A DNA stretch of 32,000 bases from Candidatus Kuenenia stuttgartensis (GCF_900232105.1 NZ_LT934425.1:960001-992000); one strand, 5' to 3'. Counted from the stretch's first letter, positions 1-9,998 are shown. Notes: a model not told the origin generated them from the letters alone. A program made the numbers and translations.

Positions 1-196
1 TCTTTAATACTCCTTTCATACCAAATGAAAATTCAAAGCCAGGATCGGCTTCATTGATGGTGAAGCCGATAATTATGTAAATTACGATAAAATCTTTGAT
101 TACGTATCGATCGCCACTGTCCTTCTGCCGAACGTAGTATTAATAAAACTTAATGAAATAACAAACGGACAAAACAATATAAAAATGAAATTCTCT

Positions 197-481
197 TTAC
201 CGATTCTGAAACCATTTATAAAAAAAACTTACAACCAATGATGATGCCAGGAGAAAATCGTACCACCCTATATAGGCCTTATGCCATATTGCTATATCCG
301 CTATACCTTCTGGAAAAATTGCAGAACTCCGTAATGCCATGTATATAAATAATGTGATTATCGATAATGGGGCAGAAAATATACACTTTTTAATACGCCC
401 AGGAATTGACATTTGCGAGTCATTAATCATTTGCATACTTTTTCGTTCAACACCGAAGATTTGCTTCATAACGTCTCCCAC
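197..481 (-). CDS. Small putative membrane protein, function unknown
   Basis: 94-aa ORF with a hydrophobic segment (IITLFIYMALRSSAIF), directly next to the glycosyltransferase gene. It may be a fragment. Confidence 0.3.
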   Translation of the reverse strand: MGDVMKQIFGVERKSMQMINDSQMSIPGRIKKCIFSAPLSIITLFIYMALRSSAIFPEGIADIAIWHKAYIGWYDFLLASSLVVSFFYKWFQNR

Positions 482-487
482 CCATAA

Positions 488-1615
488 CTATTCTGCAAGT
501 AATTGTTCCGTATTATAAACCATTTTTTGAACACTCATATTTTCTATAACACGTCGTCGTACTTTTTCCTTTAATGACATCATTTTTGTTAAATCTAAGG
601 ATAGAAGACTATTCCAACCCATGACAATAGAACCTGGGCTTTTGGGGGCTAAAACTATTCCTGTATCCCCAACAATCCACCCCGAATCCCCAACATCCGT
701 CACCACACAAGGCACTCCACACGCCATTGCCTCGCCAATAACATTGGGAAAACCCTCGCCATAAGAAGAAGAAGAAGTGGCAATATCTAAGGTATTATAT
801 ACAAACGGCATATCAGAACGCGTACCTGTCCAAATAAGTTTAGTCTCTAAGCCATACTTACAAGAAAGCTCTCTTAGTCTGGATTTATATAGATCTGGGC
901 CGTCACCAACACAAACAAAGCGGACATCTTTTCTTTCCTTTACTAATATAGCCGCTGCTTCAAGAAAGGTTGGGTGATCTTTCATGGGGTCAAGGCGTGC
1001 CACCAGGCCTATTACTTTTTCATCTTCTTTGATTCCCCATTCTGCCCTTATTCGAGTTCCTGACCCTGCATCGGGCTTGAATATTTCCGTGTCAATGCCA
1101 TTAGGAATCACCACCATTTTTTTTTCTGGGAAACCGCGTTTCTGATGATATTCCTTTCCAGCGTTAGAATTAACAATAATGGTATCTGCAAAACGTGAAA
1201 AAAAACACGCAACTCGAAATAGAAGACGCGCAAGCCAGTCGTACTGGCTTAAATCCACATTTGAGGCACGCACCCCCCATATCATCCTAACCCGAGGAAA
1301 CATGGGTTTAAGCAGAATAGTTAAAAGATTTGCTTCAAATAAGTATCCATGTAAGATATCCGGTTTTTCGCGATATACTAAACATATCAAACGCCAAAGA
1401 AAAGGAAATACATCCCACCGTTTACGTTTACCCAGGCTGATTACGGGTACACCTGCCTCCTGTAAATCGCGTTCAAGTGGACCACCATGATAGAAGACTG
1501 CCACTTCTACCTTATGCCTGCGTTCATGCAAACCTTTTGCAAGGGCTACGAGTTGCCGCTCGGCGCCACCGTAATTAAGCGAGCGGGTAAGGAAGAGTAT
1601 TTTTTTATTAGACAT
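488..1615 (-). CDS. Glycosyltransferase family 4 (GT4/GT1-like)
   Basis: 375 aa; N-terminal LNYGGAERQL, C-terminal GEGFPNVIGEAMACGVPCVVTDVGD typical of GT-B GT4 enzymes. Confidence 0.92.
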   Translation of the reverse strand: MSNKKILFLTRSLNYGGAERQLVALAKGLHERRHKVEVAVFYHGGPLERDLQEAGVPVISLGKRKRWDVFPFLWRLICLVYREKPDILHGYLFEANLLTILLKPMFPRVRMIWGVRASNVDLSQYDWLARLLFRVACFFSRFADTIIVNSNAGKEYHQKRGFPEKKMVVIPNGIDTEIFKPDAGSGTRIRAEWGIKEDEKVIGLVARLDPMKDHPTFLEAAAILVKERKDVRFVCVGDGPDLYKSRLRELSCKYGLETKLIWTGTRSDMPFVYNTLDIATSSSSYGEGFPNVIGEAMACGVPCVVTDVGDSGWIVGDTGIVLAPKSPGSIVMGWNSLLSLDLTKMMSLKEKVRRRVIENMSVQKMVYNTEQLLAE

Positions 1616-2483
1616 TTCCCTTTACAAATACAAATTCATTACAACCAAGCCTGCCACCACACGTCTTCAGTTTTTCCAAAACAAATCCTCTTTCTCTATA
1701 AAAGCTAAATATCTCTTCTGGCTTGGCTACTTCAAAGGGATAACCACCTAGCCAATCGTCCCAATCCCGAATAATTGACATGCCACGACGTTTTCTATAT
1801 TTCATAAAATAGCCTAATGGGTTGCGATACTTTACAAAGCCAGCCAATACGGCTAAAGTGAAGAGCCACGGATAAAATATTGCCTTAACCAAACACTTGC
1901 CAATCATCCCTGAACAATAAAATTGCTTAATCCTTCGCCAGCGTTTAGACCGACCACCTTGATCGTTGTAGATAGCAATAAACAACTTTCCACTGCTTGC
2001 AACAGGTAAAATACTATTTTGTAGTGCCTTCCACATGTCCCCAGTGTGGTGAAGCACACCCCATGAATAAACGACGTCGAATGTTCCCAATGCACTTAAA
2101 TAATTTGTGTCTAAAGCAGAACCTTCTCCAATTGTCCAGTTGCTATCATTAGGGAAATAACGCCGTTTCAGCTCATGAGTACAGGCTACAGATTGTGGAT
2201 CATAATCAAAAGAATGAACGCGGGCACCCAGACGCCGTGCCGCCAGACTGAATAACCCACTACCTGAACCAATATCGAGGAATGATTTTCCCTCTAAATT
2301 TTCAATACTCAACATAGTTTTTAATGATCTTTCCGCTTCGAGAATTCTATCTTCATTTATGCAAGCAAAAAAATGCCGCCAGTTCTTGCCAAACTCAAAA
2401 CGTTCCCCCTTTTTTATTTCCATCGAGTGATCATCCATACCTTCTATTCTCCTTTTACACAACCAGCTAACAAACTTTCCCAC
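1608..2483 (-). CDS. Class I SAM-dependent methyltransferase
   Basis: FLDIGSGSGLFSLAARRLGARVHSFDYD motif I. The real start is probably MDDHSMEIKK (about 2438), because the extension reads through the tail of a glycosyltransferase remnant. Confidence 0.88.
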   Translation of the reverse strand: MGKFVSWLCKRRIEGMDDHSMEIKKGERFEFGKNWRHFFACINEDRILEAERSLKTMLSIENLEGKSFLDIGSGSGLFSLAARRLGARVHSFDYDPQSVACTHELKRRYFPNDSNWTIGEGSALDTNYLSALGTFDVVYSWGVLHHTGDMWKALQNSILPVASSGKLFIAIYNDQGGRSKRWRRIKQFYCSGMIGKCLVKAIFYPWLFTLAVLAGFVKYRNPLGYFMKYRKRRGMSIIRDWDDWLGGYPFEVAKPEEIFSFYRERGFVLEKLKTCGGRLGCNEFVFVKGNV

Positions 2484-2532
2484 ATATCCATGTTCTTTGC
2501 CATTTTGAATCGTTCAAGAACTTCTGGCACCC
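2444..2532 (-). pseudogene. C-terminal remnant of a GT4 glycosyltransferase
   Basis: The minus strand reads GVPEVLERFKMAKNMDMWESLLAGCVKGE*, nearly matching the C-terminus of the 6224..7348 enzyme (APEVLERFGMEKIMGMWEELLAGCVKGE). Confidence 0.75.
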
Positions 2533-2929
2533 CTGGGAATTCACTTATATTTCCCTCTTACCATAAAATCCAACATAACTAAATCACGTGGAACTTCAAT
2601 GCTTTACTACGAGACGCCTATTCGTGCTATTTACATTATTCCTACTATGGTTGTTAGCAAGGTAATCGAATTTTCTCTTTGTACTAAAAGATTATAGACG
2701 AAAAAACAGGAAGCAACACCCAATCCCAAGGGGATGACATAATGGACACGCCGGGCATTTCACGGAAAAACGATCATGTCGCCCATTAGGGGTTTATCGT
2801 CGGTTTTTTTTGCAATCGTCTATAATCATTTCATCCCTACGGGATTCATAGCGCTTTAATTGAATAGTAATAAATTCATCGTTAGGAATTTCAAAATAAA
2901 ATCACAATTGATGAACCTTCTCAGTATAT

Positions 2930-3673
2930 CTATATTGCCTTAATGCTGATAAAGACCATCCCAGCCAGTTTCCTCAAAACCCAACGACGAATCTGTCTTG
3001 GCAACCAACCAATTATCATCGCCCACCGACCGTATCGAATTTGCAGCCATTGTTCTTCGATATGTGTCAAGCGCACGAAACGTTTATCGAATACAGTGCA
3101 AATCTCACGGTAACTTCTGTACCAGGTCCACCGGTCTAACCATTGACAAAAATCCCGACTCCATTGCAGTATGGATTTATCACCTTTGAAATAACCCATT
3201 CCAAGCGCTCTCAGGAATGCCGCGTAGTAAATCCTGCCCTTTGAACTTTTGGGAAACCAATGCAGGAAAGGTATTCCGCAATGACCTTCTCTACAGCAAC
3301 TCTTGTCAGGAAACATGCTCAGAACCTGGCCGCCAGGCTTTAGCACGCGATAAATTTCAGTAAGTACACTGTCAATATCCTCAACATGCTCCATAACCTG
3401 ATTATTGACTACATAATCAAAACTCTCATCCGGAAATGGAATTACTCCATGCTCCATGTGCTTGATTACCCCCCCAAGCAACTCGGGTTGAACGCGACTT
3501 GAATAATCCCCCCCCGTATAAAAAACATCGCACCCCCTGGCGTCAATCCCCTTATTTCTTAACGCCGTTACAATCTGGCCAGCCCCACAACCATAATCGA
3601 GTACAGTTATTGAGGCAGACATTCCGGCCGCCAATTTACAAATATAATATGCAAAAAACTCGTAGTTATTCAT
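2930..3673 (-). CDS. Class I SAM-dependent methyltransferase (Methyltransf_11-like)
   Basis: 247 aa; VLDYGCGAGQIVTALRNKG...FDYVVNNQVMEHVEDIDSVLTEIYRVLKPGG. Confidence 0.85.
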   Translation of the reverse strand: MNNYEFFAYYICKLAAGMSASITVLDYGCGAGQIVTALRNKGIDARGCDVFYTGGDYSSRVQPELLGGVIKHMEHGVIPFPDESFDYVVNNQVMEHVEDIDSVLTEIYRVLKPGGQVLSMFPDKSCCREGHCGIPFLHWFPKSSKGRIYYAAFLRALGMGYFKGDKSILQWSRDFCQWLDRWTWYRSYREICTVFDKRFVRLTHIEEQWLQIRYGRWAMIIGWLPRQIRRWVLRKLAGMVFISIKAI

Positions 3674-3684
3674 TACAACCTCGA

Positions 3685-3828
3685 TTACATCCGGGTAAAC
3701 ACAAATTCATTACATGCTTTTCCACCTGCACAAGTCTTTAACTTTTCCAAAACAAACCCTCTTTCCCGGTAAAAGCTAAAAATCTCTTCTGGCTTTGCTA
3801 CTTCAAACGGATAACCGCCTAACCAATC
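3685..3828 (-). pseudogene. C-terminal fragment of a methyltransferase
   Basis: The minus strand reads DWLGGYPFEVAKPEEIFSFYRERGFVLEKLKTCAGGKACNEFVFTRM*, matching the C-terminus of the 1608..2483 protein. Confidence 0.75.
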
Positions 3829-3909
3829 TGCGTATTAGACATACCCATTTTTTTACTCGTGGTATACCTTAACAGCGGATTTTTGCCATTTAAAATATTT
3901 ACAGCTACA

Positions 3910-4071
3910 CTACCGAAAACAAAATAAGGAATAAAGATGGCCGACTTCCCCAATATTGGTGAGCGAAATGACGTGGGGCGAGAACCCAGGCCCCAGCCGC
4001 TCAAGAACTTTCAGCAGCATTGTTTCTGCGCCACCAGTAGAAAGGCCGGTGATAATGAACGTAATCTTCAT
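3910..4071 (-). pseudogene. N-terminal fragment of a GT4 glycosyltransferase
   Basis: MKITFIITGLSTGGAETMLLKVLERLGPGFSPHVISLTNIGEVGHL is a typical GT4 N-terminus that stops abruptly. Confidence 0.75.
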
Positions 4072-4073
4072 CG

Positions 4074-5279
4074 TTATCTCAGAATAAGGTACCATCGACC
4101 AAACCATGTATCCGAACCAAAGCCACCTTTCCTGCCTTCGTTTATTAGGAGCGCGAACAACAATAGAAACCATACTATGGCAGTAATTTTCCCCCGCTCT
4201 CTTTTTAAGTTCAACCCAAGGAGAATCGCTACAAGAGCATTTGCAATGTACATCAGCCGCCCTGCTGCCGCATGAATGAGGGTCATACATATTGCAAATG
4301 TGCAAAAAATCAAGGAAAACCGAAACCAAAACTCTTGTTGATCATCGGAACTTTTATTTTTTAAAAGAAAAAAAATCAACCCATTCTGCAAAACAGTAGC
4401 TGCATAGAAAAAAACATTGACCTTTCCTTTTAATTCATAAGATTCCGATCTTCGCCCAAAATCAATGCTACCCATTATACGGTTAAGATAAAAAACATAT
4501 AGCCCGACAGCAAGAAGGATAGCAATCAAGCGAATATTTGACCTCCTGGCAACAACGGCTGCAATAGCACACGGAATAACGAAAATAAAGGAGGTGTGAA
4601 TTGTTGAAGCCACTACAGCCCCTAAAAAAGGACTTAAGCCTCCTGCAACCATCATTAAAAAAACCGACAAAGCAAATCCTTGCCTTATCTGGTTGTAATA
4701 CATCTGCGTAGATAGCGTGGAATCTATGACAAAGGCAAAAAGAATGAATATCCATGCCCCTCGCGTCAATTTGTTGTTTGCGACAAGAAACATGAGCGAA
4801 CTAAAAAAAATAGTGATCCTTAACGAGGTTTCAGCACCGAAAATCTCCCCCATAAACGAGGCATATGTTGACCACAAAGGCTCCTCCAGCACATAGGACC
4901 ACCAGTCCGTCAAAATCGTAAAATTTGTTCCTTCAAAATATTTGATGTAACTTAGATCATCAGGGGCTGTATAAAGTGTACGCCTCGCCAGAATCAAAGA
5001 TACGCCGACAAAAAAGACCATCGCCAGCCATGTTGTTTGCCTCAAACCAAATAAATCCAGACGTGATGGACCGGGGTTAGCACTTTGATGATAATTTGTA
5101 GGCTTTTTAAACATAGCTATTCCAAAAAGATGAATTGATATTGACACATGATTTTCTGAATTAAAAATGGAGTACCCCCACCCGTGGTTGTGGGTCTCCG
5201 ATTTACCACTCCCCAAGTTACCGATCACTTTGGCCAATCGCACATCGATTTTTCGTGCAATGCGCTCGTTGTTCAACAC
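4074..5279 (-). CDS. EpsG/Wzy-like polysaccharide polymerase (multi-pass membrane protein)
   Basis: About 401 aa, many hydrophobic segments, TQMYYNQIRQGFALSVFLMM. The annotated N-terminus runs into a methyltransferase N-terminal fragment, so the true start is probably MFKKPTNYHQ or nearby. Confidence 0.75.
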   Translation of the reverse strand: MLNNERIARKIDVRLAKVIGNLGSGKSETHNHGWGYSIFNSENHVSISIHLFGIAMFKKPTNYHQSANPGPSRLDLFGLRQTTWLAMVFFVGVSLILARRTLYTAPDDLSYIKYFEGTNFTILTDWWSYVLEEPLWSTYASFMGEIFGAETSLRITIFFSSLMFLVANNKLTRGAWIFILFAFVIDSTLSTQMYYNQIRQGFALSVFLMMVAGGLSPFLGAVVASTIHTSFIFVIPCAIAAVVARRSNIRLIAILLAVGLYVFYLNRIMGSIDFGRRSESYELKGKVNVFFYAATVLQNGLIFFLLKNKSSDDQQEFWFRFSLIFCTFAICMTLIHAAAGRLMYIANALVAILLGLNLKRERGKITAIVWFLLLFALLINEGRKGGFGSDTWFGRWYLILR

Positions 5280-5330
5280 CTCCAGAAACCGCGCCCAGTT
5301 TGCGCCAAATTCAAATCTCTTGCCATTCTA
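5262..5330 (-). pseudogene. N-terminal methyltransferase fragment
   Basis: The minus strand reads NGKRFEFGANWARFLEVL, similar to KKGERFEFGKNWRHFFACINEDRI in the 1608..2483 and 5706..6263 proteins. Confidence 0.5.
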
Positions 5331-5349
5331 AACTTCTGAACCATGTACA

Positions 5350-6263
5350 TCAACCATCAATCCATTCTCCCTTTCTCTGTACACGAGTGAACACAAACTG
5401 ATTGCATCCCAATCCACCGGCGCCGGTTTGCAGTTGATCCAGACGAAACCCCCTATCTCGATAGAAATTAAAAATTTCTTCAGGCTTTGCCACCTCAAAC
5501 GGGTACCCACCAATCCAATCGATCATATCGTGCCAGTAGCTCATGCCCCTTAAACTGCGTTCCGAGTAGCGAGTAACATTGTCAAAATAAACCCACGGCT
5601 TACATTTCAAGATGGCCAGGGTCAAGAACTTCAGTTCGCGCGGCCCCATGATCAGAATGGCATATGGCAATTTGAGGGGACGAGGCAGCGCATTGTATAT
5701 TCGCTTCAGCATTCGCCACCGCCGACTCCATCCGCCCTGGTCGTTATAAATCGCAATGAACAATTCCCCCCCCCCCCAGTAACCAGCGATGCCACATTGC
5801 CCAGTGCTTCCCACATTGCGCCAGTATGGTGTAAAACACCCCATGAATAAACGACGTCGAATGTTCCCAATGAACTCAAATAATTTGTGTCTAAAGCAGA
5901 ACCTTCTCCAATTGTCCAGTTGCTATCATTAGGGAAATAACGCCGTTTCAGCTCATGAGTACAGGCTACAGATTGCGGATCATAATCAAAAGAATGAACA
6001 TGAGCACCCAAACGCCGTGCTGCCAGACTGAATAATCCACTACCTGAACCAATATCCAGGAATGATTTTCCTTCCAAATCTTCAACATTCAACATAATTT
6101 TTAATGATCTTTTCGCTTCGAGAATTCTATCTTCATTTATGCAAGCAAAAAAATGCCGCCAGTTCTTGCCAAACTCAAAACGTTCCCCCTTTTTTATTTC
6201 CATCGAGTGATCATCCATACCTTCTATTCTCCTTTTACACAACCAGCCAATAACTCTTCCCAC
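5350..6263 (-). pseudogene. SAM methyltransferase split by a frameshift at a C12/G12 tract (candidate phase-variable gene, currently OFF)
   Basis: ORF 5706..6263 carries the N-terminal half and ORF 5350..5844 the C-terminal half. The frames switch at the C12 run 5766..5777. The likely true start is about 6218 (MDDHSMEIKK). Confidence 0.8.
5766..5777. repeat. Homopolymeric C12 (G12 on the coding strand) tract
   Basis: Read directly: caattCCCCCCCCCCCCagt. Confidence 0.95.
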
Positions 6264-7348
6264 ATGCCCATGATCTTTTCCATTCCGAATCTCTCAAGAA
6301 CTTCTGGCGCCCTCGATGCCAGACGTTTATACAATGCCTCATCCGTCATCAATTGACCCATGGCTGCTGCCATTGCATTTACATCTTCCGGTGGTACTAA
6401 CAAACCATCTATACCATCACGGATAATTTCCCGAGGCCCGGAAGGACAAGCAAAACTTACTACGGGTAGTCCACAGGCCATGGCCTCAAGTAAGGCATTA
6501 GGAAACCCCTCGTAACGGGAAGATAAAACAAACATATTCGCTTGACGTAAAAGCTGCATAGGATTATTTACTCGTCCAGGCAAAGAAACAAGCCCTGCAA
6601 TCCCCAACTCATTGGCAAGTTGTATCAAGGTATCCCGATCTTTCCCGTCACCAAAAATAAAAAGATGCCAATTGTGATGGGACTGTGCTATCCTGGCAAA
6701 GGCATGTAAAAGCAAGTCAAAACCCTTTTGCGCAGTTAACCTGCCCATTGCAACTATGATTTGCTTAGACTTCGCATTTCCCCCAAAAGCAGTATCTGAT
6801 TGTTCGAGATTTGTTTTTTCATTTACGTTACTAATTGGGTTAGGTATTACAAACGTAGTCCCCTTTTTAACAATTTCTTCTATCCATTGTCTTGCCTTGT
6901 TAGACTGAACAACAATTGCATCTGCCCATGGATAGGTTGCATTGCGTAGCAAAGACCAGGTACGCCCACAATCATGGTAAGCGGGGTCTATCCTCTCTGA
7001 AATAATAACCTTCAAACCCAGTCCACGGGTCGCCAACAAGGTCATTATATTCATCCTGTCCACAAAACTAATCACAATATCAGGCTTTGACGATTTTATT
7101 GCACGACGTAATTTTATAAGACGAATTATATTATTCCTTATAGCTGCAAACGGATTGCTAGATTCACCCATCCGCCCCAGTGCAACACGTTTTACATCAA
7201 GGCGAAGTTTGTAAAAATCAGAGGCAGTAGAATCAAGCGTAATGAGTGAAATCTCCCAATTTTTTTGGGCCCAATAATTAGCCATTGTTGATATAACACG
7301 CTCTGCACCGCCGGAAGATAAAGAAGAAATAACAAGGGTTATACGCAT
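6224..7348 (-). CDS. Glycosyltransferase family 4
   Basis: 374 aa; MRITLVISSLSSGGAERVISTMANYW...SSRYEGFPNALLEAMACGLPVVSF. Confidence 0.93.
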   Translation of the reverse strand: MRITLVISSLSSGGAERVISTMANYWAQKNWEISLITLDSTASDFYKLRLDVKRVALGRMGESSNPFAAIRNNIIRLIKLRRAIKSSKPDIVISFVDRMNIMTLLATRGLGLKVIISERIDPAYHDCGRTWSLLRNATYPWADAIVVQSNKARQWIEEIVKKGTTFVIPNPISNVNEKTNLEQSDTAFGGNAKSKQIIVAMGRLTAQKGFDLLLHAFARIAQSHHNWHLFIFGDGKDRDTLIQLANELGIAGLVSLPGRVNNPMQLLRQANMFVLSSRYEGFPNALLEAMACGLPVVSFACPSGPREIIRDGIDGLLVPPEDVNAMAAAMGQLMTDEALYKRLASRAPEVLERFGMEKIMGMWEELLAGCVKGE

Positions 7349-7526
7349 GGTTTGTTAGCTATAGATACTATATTTTCGTTGCTACCATGAATGCCCATAA
7401 AACAAAGAAGTATCTTGAAAAGAACCTGGGCCTGGGCCTTCCCCTTCCAGTTAAGCGTTGACCAAGTAATAAAAGGCCGCTCAAACACCTCTTCTACTTT
7501 AAAATATTTGGCAAGAAGTGTTTGTA

Positions 7527-9242
7527 CCTAAATCCTGCAAACGATTTTCGCAATGCGAAAATCAGTATTTTCCACTACCAAGATTGGCAAAAAGCGATAA
7601 CAGATATCCGTTTTTTAGCAATTGTGGTAGCGCTATTGTACTACTTTAAACAAAAAGACATGGGAAATTGTCGGAAACGTGCTCTCTGATGCAATGAAAA
7701 TCAAGATAGGGATGTACTGTCTCCATCTGCGGTATACTTACCACTCTCAAAAGACTAAAAAAACGAAATACAACGTCGGTTTTCTACTGAAAAACTACAT
7801 CCAGTGACATGCGTTCCCACTTTTCCCATTCCTCCTGATGGAGAAATTTCTCCGGCAATTTTAATGTCATCTGCCGGCTTCTCTCCACCAGTTTCCCTGC
7901 CACACGGATTAACCACAGTCTCATCGTCTTTACTTCCCACTGTTGTATCACTCCACCACTGAGCAATCCCATCCACTTCAAAAGATTATACGCTAACACC
8001 GCACACTGAAATAGCGCAGCATTGGCCAAAAATTCACCCGTACGTATGTGCCCCGCATTCATCTGTCCTTTACTCTCTTCTATCAAAGTCTCGCAGGTAG
8101 CCCTCTTTCCATAACAACGATGCGCTTCCATCGGACTTAACCGCTCCGTTGTAACGTAACAAAAATACTCATACACGGACACTTCTACTAATTTCTTTTC
8201 TCTTTTGACCAATTGCCGCACTGCCACAAAACGTCTCGCACGATCCCACCCTGCACATCGATACCAAAATTCAGCCTGTTCCCATCCTGGCTCCCCTTTC
8301 ACCTCATTCCATTTCTGCCCTTCAAGCAATCCTTCCAGATTCTTCAGCTTTACCTTAATCAGATATCCCGCCAATATTGACTCAAGGTATTCAAGTAATT
8401 CTCCGGTAAAAAAACCGCTGTCTCCCCGAAATACCACCCTTACCCCCTTATTCATGTACGCCATACATTCCTTCATGAACTCTACTACTCCGTTACTCGT
8501 GTAGGCGCTTCCACAGCGGAACCAACTATGTAATACCTCCTTTGTTTCTGCAATAAATGCCATTAAGGGATGATACGCCTTCTGCCCCTTCTTGTGCGGA
8601 TTATATCCTACCTCTGCACCCTCCTGTTTCCCATATACACCATCTACGGTAGAATCAACATCTATCCATACTTCGCAAAGAGCACTCCTGAGTTTATGGC
8701 CTGATCTCACCGCACGCTTCCATATCTTTCCCCTAAACCGGTGGATCACCCCCGTCAGTTCCACTATATCTCCCTGACTCGCCAGCTTCATAATACGTCC
8801 TATCGTAGTATCTACAGGTACCTCTTTCCACCCGGACATCTTCTTCAATACCTCATCTGTACACACCTTCATCACCTCTACCATCGATGTCGCCCCTGCT
8901 ATCAACCCTATCACTACCATTTGTACCGCATCGACAAACTGATACCGGGCATTTGCTCCACGATCCTTATGGACCGCTTCATGGACTCTCTCCCGGAACA
9001 TCAGCTTACCCATAAAATTCAATACCGGTAAAAGCCCTGCATGTACCGTTAAGCCTTTCCCGCTCATCTCTGCCTTGATTTTCGGTTGTCTTTTGCTGTA
9101 TTTTTTTGCTATATTCTTCATCGAAATGGTGAATCTCCTTTCAGGTGTTTTTTGTTATCAATATACCGCCGAATACCTTGGAAATCCTACCATTTCAATC
9201 CTATTCCTGCAACAAGGCTTTGCCTTGTTTGCAGGATTTAGG
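7527..9242 (-). mobile_element. Complete IS1380-family-like insertion sequence
   Basis: 16-bp perfect TIRs CCTAAATCCTGCAAAC (7527-7542) and GTTTGCAGGATTTAGG (9227-9242), flanked by a 5-bp direct duplication TTGTA (7522-7526 and 9243-9247), enclosing the transposase. Confidence 0.92.
7784..9121 (-). CDS. IS1380-family DDE transposase
   Basis: 445 aa; VDAVQMVVIGLIAGATSMVEV...DVDSTVDGVYGKQEGAEVGYNPHKKGQKAYHPLMAF...RGDSGF. Confidence 0.9.
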   Translation of the reverse strand: MKNIAKKYSKRQPKIKAEMSGKGLTVHAGLLPVLNFMGKLMFRERVHEAVHKDRGANARYQFVDAVQMVVIGLIAGATSMVEVMKVCTDEVLKKMSGWKEVPVDTTIGRIMKLASQGDIVELTGVIHRFRGKIWKRAVRSGHKLRSALCEVWIDVDSTVDGVYGKQEGAEVGYNPHKKGQKAYHPLMAFIAETKEVLHSWFRCGSAYTSNGVVEFMKECMAYMNKGVRVVFRGDSGFFTGELLEYLESILAGYLIKVKLKNLEGLLEGQKWNEVKGEPGWEQAEFWYRCAGWDRARRFVAVRQLVKREKKLVEVSVYEYFCYVTTERLSPMEAHRCYGKRATCETLIEESKGQMNAGHIRTGEFLANAALFQCAVLAYNLLKWMGLLSGGVIQQWEVKTMRLWLIRVAGKLVERSRQMTLKLPEKFLHQEEWEKWERMSLDVVFQ

Positions 9243-9749
9243 TTGTATTCTATTTGAGTCAAAAGTTTGAATATGCCCCCACCGGTGGAAGTGCTTCGCG
9301 CAGTTAGGACAAACCGCCCGTTGTTCACTTATTTTTTCACGTGCAGGAACCGTTCCTATGATCTGACCACCAGGCATTAAAATGCGTGATATTTCACTTA
9401 AGGTGTTTTCAATTGCTTCATCAGTAAGATGCTCAATTACTTCAGATATTACCACAGCGTCAAAAAGCAGATTGTTGAAGGGAGTTTCCTGGCTATAGCC
9501 AACCTTGGCCTTTTCACCCATTCCAAAAACGTTGACGAAGAAGTACAACTGATTTTTCGCTTGGATCCAGGGAGTATACATCAAGCCCCAGACTTATCGC
9601 TGCCTGCTCAAAAATTCCAGCTCAAATACCAATGTTTAACACCCTTTTTTTAGGCTTCACTTTCTTTGCCAAAAAAGTTAGACACGCTATGCTACCAGAG
9701 AAACTTTCTGGCGCTTCATTTTGATAGTAATCCCAAATCACATCCTGGT

Positions 9750-9975
9750 TCATTGGTATCCTTTCATTACAAGCCCTTGTCCAATCGATAGGCAAACAAC
9801 TTTTTCGGGTTTATCAGAGAAAAATGAATCCATAACTTTTTTTGCACCAGGACAAGATGTAAAACCCGAAGTAGTAGAATTAAGCATAACCAGGGTAATT
9901 TGCCAACATCGCCCTGACCAATAGTTGGTCATAATAGACATTACCCGTTCGGCACCGTCGCTGCTTATAGAGTGG
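9750..9975 (-). pseudogene. N-terminal remnant of a GT4 glycosyltransferase
   Basis: The minus strand reads SISSDGAERVMSIMTNYWSGRCWQITLVMLNSTTSGF, paralogous to the 6224..7348 N-terminus (SSLSSGGAERVISTMANYWAQKNWEISLITLDSTASDF). Confidence 0.7.
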
Positions 9976-9998
9976 ATGAATAATAGGAGTCTCCTTGT

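Larger units (their letters stand above)
7339..9753 (-). pseudogene. SAM methyltransferase interrupted by the IS1380 element and by earlier nonsense/frameshift lesions
   Basis: Start MNQDVIWDYYQNEAPESFSG at 9753; internal stop in VLNIGI*AGIFEQAA; then SEVIEHLTDEAIENTLSEISRILMPGGQ. Removing the IS and one TSD rejoins ...FDSNRIQ with TLLAKYFKVEEVFERPFITW... in frame to the stop at 7339. Confidence 0.85.

Noticed and set aside
7784-9121. Antisense + strand ORFs (8205..8504, 8592..8777, 8741..9031) within the IS1380 transposase
   Set aside because: Low-complexity shadow ORFs of a well-supported transposase.
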